NCBI RefSeq assembly: GCF_006345805.1
Contig: NC_043006.1
Location: 47,182,001 to 47,246,000, forward strand
DNA length: 64,000 nucleotides
Source of the DNA: Octopus sinensis
Lineage: Eukaryota
Direction of reading: 5' to 3'
The notes under the pieces were generated by a model. The model saw only the letters and a program-made list of their open reading frames with translations, made no database searches and was not told the DNA's origin. Every line of letters begins with the position of its first letter. Within the stretch, counting starts at the first letter, position 1. The position numbers were made by a program, and so were the translations under genes. Shown here piece after piece: positions 54,034-64,000 of this stretch.

Positions 54034-54079
54034 GGTTAGCAAGCTACTTACCACACAGCCACTCCATATATATATAACA

Positions 54080-54290
54080 CACCATCATCGGTTTTCAAGC
54101 TATGTTTGGGGGGCAAACACAGACACACAAACATACACACACACTTCAGTTTCCGCCTACCAAATCCACTCACAAGGCTTTGGTCGCCCGAGGCTATAGT
54201 TGAAGACAGTTGGCCAAGATGCCACGCAGTGGGACCGAACCCGGAACCATGTGGTTGGCAAGCAAGCTACATACCACACAAGCACTCCTG
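54080..54290 (-). mobile_element. SINE family A, partial
   Basis: Head/core homology. Confidence 0.75.
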
Positions 54291-54386
54291 TCCCATGGTT
54301 TTGTATTTTTTGATCTCGTTTCTCATTTTGATCATGATTTTTTGTCGTCCTGCATCCATATATATGTTGGTATGTACATATATATA

Positions 54387-54439
<53 letters not shown>

Positions 54440-54518
54440 GTATACATGCATATATATAATATATTATATACACATATATATATATATATATATATGTATG
54501 TATACATGCATATATATA

Positions 54519-54567
<49 letters not shown>

Positions 54568-54579
54568 ATTATATATATA

Positions 54580-54624
<45 letters not shown>

Positions 54625-54636
54625 CTATCTATATAC

Positions 54637-54704
<68 letters not shown>

Positions 54705-54988
54705 CATTCCTAATGAGTAAAGGAATTAAGATTTTTTCACATCCATAAACTTTATTTCACAGTTATTTACAGTATATTCACAGAACCAACACATGTTTCA
54801 GCTGCAGCGCCTGTGGATGTGCAACCTTGGTCAGAGTAAATATGGGCTAAATAAAAGGTTGCAGAATCCTCAAAACCCCGAATTCCCGAAGCAACGCACC
54901 ACTTCCAGATTCAGTTATGTCATACCCATATACATGCAGAATACATGCATACATACACACACAACCACATATACTGATACACACCCAC

Positions 54989-55050
<62 letters not shown>

Positions 55051-55658
55051 CTCTCTATATTTTATATGTGTGTATATTACGGTGTGTTTACATATGTGTC
55101 TGAAATATATTCTGCCGTCTACTTTTTTTTATAAAAGTAGAAAGTTTTGTTTTTTGTTAGATAGATTTTTATGTGAATTACGTATCTATTTACTTGTGGA
55201 CTAATGTCTAGAAAATATTAATAGGAGAGACACCAAGCAATGACAATCAACATTGTTTCATATGATTGATGGGACTAATAATATTCCTCAGGGAATTCGA
55301 ACAACTCGGTTACAAATGGCATATGTAAATAGAACTAATTGGTATTGAAATATACCACTCGTGGGCTTTGTATATCGGGAGTAGTGGTCATGGTGGGAGG
55401 TAGAGCCGGCATGATTTGCAATATGTCGTCTGTTTTTCTTATTGAAATGAGTAAATTGCTTAGAAGCTTAAGGACGCAGCAATATATTGCTGGTTCTAAC
55501 CGAACAGAATGTACGTCAAGTAAAGTTTTAATACAAAACAACGAGGTGAAATGAGACGCGAGAAAGAAGAAAACGTGCCGGTAGCTGGATGCTATATATA
55601 AAGATAGATACACACACACAACACACACACACACACACACATACACACACACACACAC

Positions 55659-55738
<80 letters not shown>

Positions 55739-55842
55739 TGTGTGTATGTATACATGTGTGTGTGTCATATATATATATATACACACACAAATATATGTAT
55801 GTATATATATGTATATATGTACATACATGTATGTATATATAC

Positions 55843-55875
<33 letters not shown>

Positions 55876-55904
55876 AACACACATATATATATAATATATA
55901 TATT

Positions 55905-55976
<72 letters not shown>

Positions 55977-56659
55977 ATATATGTTTGTTTGTTTAGACAT
56001 ACATACATGCATATATATATGTGGGGCTATGTTCCTATAGTGTTGTTTCGTTGCATATATATATTATATATATATATATATGTTTGTTTAGACACACATA
56101 CGTGCATATAAATGTGGGGCTATGTTGCTCTGGAGTAATTTTGTTGAAATGCTCTTTATATTACCTAGGGATATAAACAACGGAAGCTAACTAATATAAA
56201 CATATACCGAGACTTTTCTTTGTGAAAGGAACCATGATTAATTAAAAGGAAATAAAGAAATAAGTACATAAACAAATAAATACATCAGCGTATAATGAAA
56301 TAAATCAAAACGTATATGTATATGCGTACATTTTCAGAATTTGTGTATTAACTTACAATTGTGTAAAATATCATTTTAAGACTTGTAAAGGAATTGCACA
56401 TCCAGAAATAGAATAGTGTTCTAAGTTTTTAATTTTAGGTATTTGCCATTCAGAGCCAATTCCCGTTCGGAATTGGTAAAATGTTACATATAAGGCGAAA
56501 TGCCTTATACGTCCATTCTATGTTCTGAGTTCAAGCTTTCTTGAAATTGAATTTGTATTTCTTTCTTTCGAGGATGAAAGCACTGGAATCGATGTAATCG
56601 ATTTAGTCAAGTTTTGTGTCAAAATTTGAAACCAATGTATTGCTTTCGGTATTTAGTTA

Positions 56660-56933
56660 TTTCTTTTACTCTTTTACTCGTTTCAGTCATTTGACTGCGG
56701 CCATGCTGGAGCACCGCCTTTAGTCGAGCAAATAGACACCAGGACTTATTCTTTGTAAGCCTACTACTTATTCTATCGATCTCTTTTGCTGAACCGCTAA
56801 GTTACGGGGACTAAACACACCAGCATCGATTGTCAAGCGATGTTGGGAGACAAACACAGGCACACAAACACACACACGCGCACACGCACACGCACACATA
56901 CATACATATAAATACATATGCATATATATATAT

Positions 56934-56970
<37 letters not shown>

Positions 56971-57110
56971 TACGACGTGATTCTTTCTGTTTTCGTCGTT
57001 CCGAGGCTATAGTAGAAGACACTTGCCCAAGGTGTCACGCAGTGGGATTGAACCCGGAACCATGTGGCTGGTAAGCAAGCTGCTTACCACAAATCCTCTC
57101 CTACTCCTAT
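56660..57110 (-). mobile_element. SINE family A
   Basis: Head, internal microsatellite and tail. Confidence 0.85.
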
Positions 57111-58149
57111 ATGCTTTAGATATATATTTAGATAATATATTTTAACATTTGTGAGGGAATTTGCTTTGAATCCTTGTGGGTTAAATGAAAAGTTGTTTAG
57201 CTCATGACTGGCAACTACTCAATCGAATGTAGCTTCCTCTAGAGAAGTTTTGTATTGATGCTCGCATGTTTTCTTGTTATGTTTACTATGTTGTCATGTA
57301 TACCGTATATTCATTGTAGCAAATCAAATTAGTTTCAACTAATGTGAATTACATTTTTGTGAAATCTAGTAAGCGATTCCATTTTCAGTGAGAGGAAGCA
57401 AAAATATTTCATTGAATATCTTCCACCCTTAGGAAGGAGACGGAGAAAATAATTTGAAGAAGTTTATGAAGAAAACGAGAAATAGATAAATGGGGAAATT
57501 TACGCTACGAAAATAGCAAAGCTACCAGACATCTTGAGGAGTTTAGTAGGAATTTTACGAACATTGTAAGTGTTGTTTGGGAGAGCATGAATAAATTTTT
57601 AGAGCGAAATTCGGATTGAAGTAAAGACATCAAATAAACGAAATGAGCGTTAAGAGGCACCCAAATCCGTGCTTATAGTTCCAAAGGAATTTAAAATATC
57701 GCTTTGAGTTTACGAATATAGCAATATAGAAATTTATAGAAGGTAGTTGGAAACCCGGTTCATATTTAGATAGAGTCTTTTAAATTAGATGATTATGATA
57801 ATATTGTCATTTAATATAGAAAAGGTTTTCTTCTCAGTCGAAAACCGGAAACATCCTTTTCTGTAGGAATATCTTTATCAACACTTTGTAAAAACTACAA
57901 CTTGATCCATCAATGATTCATGTATATTTACATAATTTTTCTGGAAATATTTTCTTCCCAAACTTCAAATATTTGTACCTGGTATTTTTCTTCCGTAACC
58001 CAAACACATCTGTTGTGATCTCCATCACTTTTAACTTGTTCCATGTTATACATGATTCAAAGGATTTTATGAAATCTATCTTTCAACTTGACCCTTACAA
58101 TGATTTATTTCTATAAATCTATATCATTTCTTCAACTGTGCTCTTTAGA

Positions 58150-58720
58150 AATATATAATTCTAGAGTCTATATATTTCCTTATGACATTTCTCCCGCTCT
58201 CTTGAATCTTTCTATTGTTTAGTATATTTTCCCTATATGGTCATGACAACTACTTCCACATCATTGATACATAATTTCCCTCTGCTTTCCTTTTCATTTC
58301 CATTTTATCCCCATCCATTCTCACTTTGACATTCATGTATACGCCATTGTGAATCTTGATACCGAGTTCAGATACATGTACTTCTTTCTTTTGTCTTTAA
58401 ATTTCATTCATTTTTTTTTATCTAAAGCAGAGACGTTTCCTTTAACAATTTTTATCCATTTCTTTTGCCAGAATTAGAATTTATCTGATTTGATATGAAC
58501 CTAAACTAGACACCATTACAGCCGTATAAGTTTATCAACTATATTTTTCATGGTGAGATTTTTAAATAAATATTTTATTTCCTCTGAAATTAGTTTCTCT
58601 TTTGCTTTTTGTATCATGTCACTGAGGACAAAAATGTCTGTAGTCTTCATTCCATTTATATCTGAAGAACCACCTTCTATGGAAGTGAAGTTGTTGCTGA
58701 ATTTCATCTCCAAGACAATG
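58150..58720 (-). pseudogene. Decayed RT fragment (possibly RTE-like)
   Basis: GMKTTDIFVLSDMIQKAKEK..YLF resembles GRSTTDAIFxLRQLxEK..xAFVDL (by-eye match). Confidence 0.35.
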
Positions 58721-60328
58721 TAGTTCTGTTATTGATTAGGTCGGAGAGATGTGTCGATCCTTCATGAGATTTAGAAATACATTTTACTATTACAGACTGA
58801 ATGAAGAATTAATATAGTAGTTCTTTTGTATGTTCTGAAATGGCTAAAATGATTCCCCTATGATGTTAATAATTTCAATCACAACACATGATTTGACACC
58901 AAATCACTTGCCAGAAAAGTAAAACTCTGTAGGTTATCAATTTTATCCTTACTACAGTACTCAATGCAATAGCTGTGCGGAGAACTATAAGAAAAAATCG
59001 AATAGTACTTGGATGAAATTAGAATTTAGTATCACTATTAAATTCAGCGTAAAGCATAGATCAGTTGAAATGGCTTCTACGAGTGAATTTATATATAATC
59101 GCATATCTAAATATAGGAATCAAATGTCACGCAATTAATAGTCTATAACCTTAAAAAACGCTGTACGCCTTTTGGGTTAATATGTTAATAGAAATTCTAT
59201 TTCTGAAACTGATGGTCACGACTTAAATGAACTTTGATAACAGCTCTGCTTTACTATGTATGACCAGAATTTAAACAACTTCAACATAATTAATAAATGC
59301 GAAGGCCTTCAGGGTAATTAAATATCTATAAATAAATAATATGTTCCTCAATTAGAATCAACCAATAGAAACATGGTTAGTAATTCAGCAACTCCACATA
59401 GTTAAATGAAATTTCAAATCAGTTGAACCGTTGAGCCTATGAAATGACCAGTTTCATAAAATGCCTTTGCGCAAGAATCAGGTTCGATGGATTGCCTCAT
59501 TTCTTGTTTTAAAAAATCATTTGTGAGTTTTAACTTGAAACGTAATACTGAAAATTATGTTTTACCTATTACTCCGTTTTCCTGCGATTATTCAAAAAAT
59601 TACATCTCCTTGCCAAACTCGAATACACGTAGGAATTGATGATATTGAGAGATGAGCAGTGCCAAGGACGAGAGTCAAACCATCGTCTGTCTATGAAGGA
59701 ATACTGTCTACACAGCTACGTTTGTTGTTCGAGACAGAAGCCAAATTTCAATCATATTAAATCCAAATTTCTTTAAAAAAAGAAAAAGAAACCTGAGTGA
59801 GGGCAGTGTAGATGCTGGATATACAAAAATAATACAGAACCATCTAAGGATAAACAGAAATAGCAGCAACAACAACAATCTATTGACACAAAGCAAGTTC
59901 AACTCGTTAAGGGAAACTTTAATTAATTGAATACATAAAACACTGTAAAATATATAAATATAGAACCAACTAACAATAATGACAAGAACACCAGCAGCCA
60001 AATGCTATTATATCTTTCTATGAAAATGATTACCGGTGTGATAAAGTATTCAAAATAACATCATGCAGGAAAACACTTTAAAAAAATTCTAAAGAAAAAA
60101 AAAGAAAAAAACGTATATGATAATGAGATTAAAATTGCTCAATATATTTCTTTCCTACGATTTTTATGATTCAATGTCTATCAATGATTTTGTTACGTTT
60201 TCCATGTGTTTCATGTAATTACAATTTCAAACACATGCAGATATGTGTATGCACGTGTGTATTGAACTCTCCGTCCTTCTCTCACCCTCCCTTTCTCTCT
60301 CTATCTCACTCTATCTTTGTGTGTGTGC

Positions 60329-60372
<44 letters not shown>

Positions 60373-60478
60373 GTATATGTATGTATATATGGATATATTT
60401 GTATGTATATTTGTGTGTCTGCATCTGTGTGTATGTATGTATGTATATATCTATATCTATATATATATATATATTATA

Positions 60479-60520
<42 letters not shown>

Positions 60521-60533
60521 GTATATGTCTATG

Positions 60534-60608
<75 letters not shown>

Positions 60609-61511
60609 TATAAAGAGATTTGTAAATATAAATATACACATGCATTTATACATAGTACATACATACACTTCAGTAGCAGCCATTGTACTTCGTGCCAAGA
60701 AAAGAGGGAGAAGTAAGAGAGAGAGAGAGAGAGAAAGAGTGAGAGAGAGAGAGAGAAAGAGTGAGAGAGAGAGAGAGAAAGAGTGAGAGAGAGAGAGAGA
60801 GAATGGAAGATCTATGCGCATTCATAATTCAATTATTGTCTTCCTCTTCCCCAACGTCATATTTTACTGTGTACAAAATCTGCTTGTAAACAGTAAGACT
60901 CAATTATTTTCAAGAACGTCTCAAATATTGATAAGAGCTGCAAGCGAGGGGAATTTAAATAAGTTGAAGAGCCCTCAAGAAATTGTTTATCATCAACTTT
61001 ACACTACAATATCGATTTGTTAGTATTGTTGGAAGCAGTTGGTCTGAATATTATTGTCTCCTATCAGCTTCTTATTTTTTTCATCTATATTTCTCTGTCT
61101 TTCATTTCTCTCTCGTTCACTCTATCACTTTCTTTTTCTCATTCACTTTCACATGTCTTACTCTGTCTCCTAAACACACATCTAAACGCTGATTCAAACA
61201 CACATATACACTGTAAGAAAAGTCGAATGCTTCAGATTTATGTATTTTATATCAGTCATTTCAAATGTCGGAAAGAAAATTCATCATTTTTTATCAATAT
61301 TTTTTTTTGTACTTGTTTCGGTCAGTGGAGTGCGGTCATGCTGGGGCACCGCATTGAAGGGTCTTTAGTCGACCAAATCGATTCCAGTGCTTATCATTCA
61401 GCAATGGTATTTCTTCTATCGGTCCCTGGTGAAGTACCGCTATACATAGAAGTAGATAGATAAATAGATACATACATACACACACACACACAACACACAC
61501 ACACACACACA

Positions 61512-61579
<68 letters not shown>

Positions 61580-62036
61580 TAGAAATATGTTACAAAAAGA
61601 AAATATAAAATACACGTAGAAATGTAAGGGGAAAATAAGAAAAATCAACGAAAATGCACATTGTAAATAAAAAAAGAAAAGGCTTTTTATGAAAGGTAAC
61701 GACAGATATATACATTTAGATGGACTGAGGTAGTAATAAAAGTCATAAAAGTCATTATTATAAGATGATTAGAAAGGAAAAAACATATATATATGCGCAC
61801 ATATGTATTTATGCATATATGCTCATACTTATATACACTTGAATACGTGCATATCTACACAGATGTACATGTTTCCATGTATATATATATATAGTTGAAA
61901 TTTATACAAGAACAAAGATCAAGAGAGGTGTATGAACAACAAGCATGTGCATTAGTTTGACGCTATATATATATGTGTGTGTGTGTGGTGTATATATAAA
62001 TGTATATGTGTGTGTGCGTAGTGTGTATACATATAT

Positions 62037-62064
<28 letters not shown>

Positions 62065-62068
<4 letters not shown>

Positions 62069-62285
62069 CTCTTTTACTCTTTTACTTGTTTCAGTCATTT
62101 GACTGCGGCCATGCTGGAGCACCGCCTCTAGTCGAGCAAATCGACCCCGGGACTTATTCTTTGTAAGCCCAGTACTTATTCTATCGATCTCTTTTGCCGA
62201 ACCGCTAGGTGACGGGGACGTAACACACCAGTATCGGTTGTCAAGCAATGCTAGGGGGACAAACACAGACACACAACACACACAT

Positions 62286-62340
<55 letters not shown>

Positions 62341-62494
62341 TACGACAGGCGTCTTTCAGTTTCTGTCTACCAAATCCACTCACAAGGCATTGGTCGGCCC
62401 GGGGCTATAGCAGAAGACACTTGCCCAAGATGCCACGCAGTGGACTGAACCCGGAACCATGTGGTTGGTTAGCAAGCTACTTACCATACAGTCA

Positions 62495-62495
<1 letters not shown>
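62065..62495 (-). mobile_element. SINE family A
   Basis: Full architecture. Confidence 0.85.
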
Positions 62496-62576
<81 letters not shown>

Positions 62577-62713
62577 GTGCGTGTGTGTGTAGTGTATATA
62601 ATATATATATATTTGAAATGAGGGTGAAAAATTGGATATTAATTTCATTAGCTTCAATTTAAAACCAGTGGTCTAGCATATTAAAATCTGAAGGTTCAGT
62701 AAATTGTATTACA

Positions 62714-62825
62714 TACATATGAGAGGACTGACCACTATGTGGACAACCCCTATGCTAGCTCTACTTATGCGGATCTAGTCCTAGCATAAGGGTTGTCCAA
62801 ATAGTGGTCATCCCTCTCATATGTA
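62714..62825. repeat. 45-bp inverted repeat (4 mismatches, 22-nt spacer)
   Basis: 62714-62758 versus the reverse complement of 62781-62825. Confidence 0.9.
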
Positions 62826-64000
62826 TTAAATATATATATATATATATATTCCAGGTTCATAACCTACCAAAGTCACAGCGATTTTGTGAGAGTAGACATT
62901 GGTAACAACACTGAATAGCTAAATTCTAATTTATGGTTAAAGGATGTTGTTAAAAGATTAGGAAATAGCGACATTTTAAAATGAAGTGAAAGACAGAATC
63001 GGGAAATCAAGGAATTCATTTCAGCTTTTCCCTCGGTACACCGAGTTACTTTTCTGGAAGAGGAAAGCTGTCGTTGAACCAGCAAACAACGCTTAGAAAA
63101 CTCACAAGTTTAAAGAAAGCAATAATATAGGACGATGTTTATGTTGTGTATGATCTAAGGAGATTTAAGATGGAAATTAGATATAAAAAACAAAGTCTGT
63201 ATTTAAATAACGGAAGGGACAAACAACTACATTTTCATACATTTTTATTTTTTTACTTGGCAGCATTTAATATGCTTCCATCATTCTACTCGTTACGTTT
63301 CTGTCATATATAATATGGCTTCCCGTGTAACCATCAACGGTGTTAAACATTACTTTATTTTAATGTTTTTTAGCTCTTTTGTTTATTCACGATGATAATG
63401 TGCTTGCGTGTGGTTACGTGTTTTTATTTTTTTCACAATCTTGTAAGTATAAAAAATTTGGTTATCATATGTGTGTTTCAAAATACTTCTATATAACTAC
63501 ACATCTCTGTGTTATCATCATATTTGTTCTTAGTATTTCAATCTTGATTGTCTAGAAGAAACCTTAGTTGGCTAGTTCTACAGTATTCCGATGTTGGCTA
63601 GTACTACAGTATTCCGATATTGGCTGGTAGTTTAAAATTTCATTATTTTTCTACGATAAAGATTTGCAATGATAATGTTTTCTTCGGTATGACTCTATTT
63701 TTAATGAAATAAATCAAATGCATATGTCAGTCCCATGAAGGGAATCATACTACAGTTATTTAGCCCTAGGAAGCAGCAACGCTTCCTGTCGGCCTTGACA
63801 CATCTCTTGTGTCCTTATGTTTGCAAGGGGGAGATAAACACCTCCACCCAGCTAAGCCTGCATCCAAACTGAAATCAAATGCACTTATATATGATTATAA
63901 GCCAGAATATGAAGCAATGTCTCTATCGTGGTATTGGCGCAAAATTTCATGCTTATCACATTTACGCAATTTTCATTATTGGATTAACAATAGACTGGTA

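Larger units (their letters stand above)
51449..54065 (-). mobile_element. SINE family A split by a 2.2-kb insertion (body 51449-51830, head 54034-54065)
   Basis: Head sequence resumes exactly across the insertion. Confidence 0.8.

Noticed and set aside
60905-61023. LIRAASEGNL ankyrin-like motif
   Set aside because: A single partial motif followed by a stop, with no second repeat
63578-63635. 26-bp tandem repeat, about 2.3 copies (also the ~100-bp duplication at 55980-56130)
   Set aside because: Ordinary slippage duplications with no further structure

Overview
AT-rich eukaryotic non-coding DNA, dense in microsatellites ((TA)n, (CA)n, (TATC)n, (AAT)n, (TAG)n) and tRNA-derived SINEs. This repeat mix suggests an octopus (coleoid cephalopod) intron or intergenic region, which is an inference from recalled repeat families, not a database match. 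No complete host gene is visible, only weak plus-strand exon candidates, and most entries in the ORF track are microsatellite artefacts. The real protein remnants are: a 5'-truncated L1/Tx1-clade ORF2 (RT + zf-RVT, 39988-41928); an ORF1-only CCHC retroelement (51831-54033, minus); an internally deleted Tigger/pogo element; two mariner remnants; and several decayed LINE and Penelope fragments, some carrying minimal hammerhead ribozyme motifs. The most interesting signal is an apparent Tx1-centred retroposon system. The LINE sits in (TATC)n repeats. One SINE tail variant resembles the LINE 3' end and forms arrays that always join at two fixed positions in the SINE head. A separate 'half-L1'-like ORF1-only element sits inside another SINE's tRNA head with a target-site duplication. 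All alignments and coordinates were made by eye.
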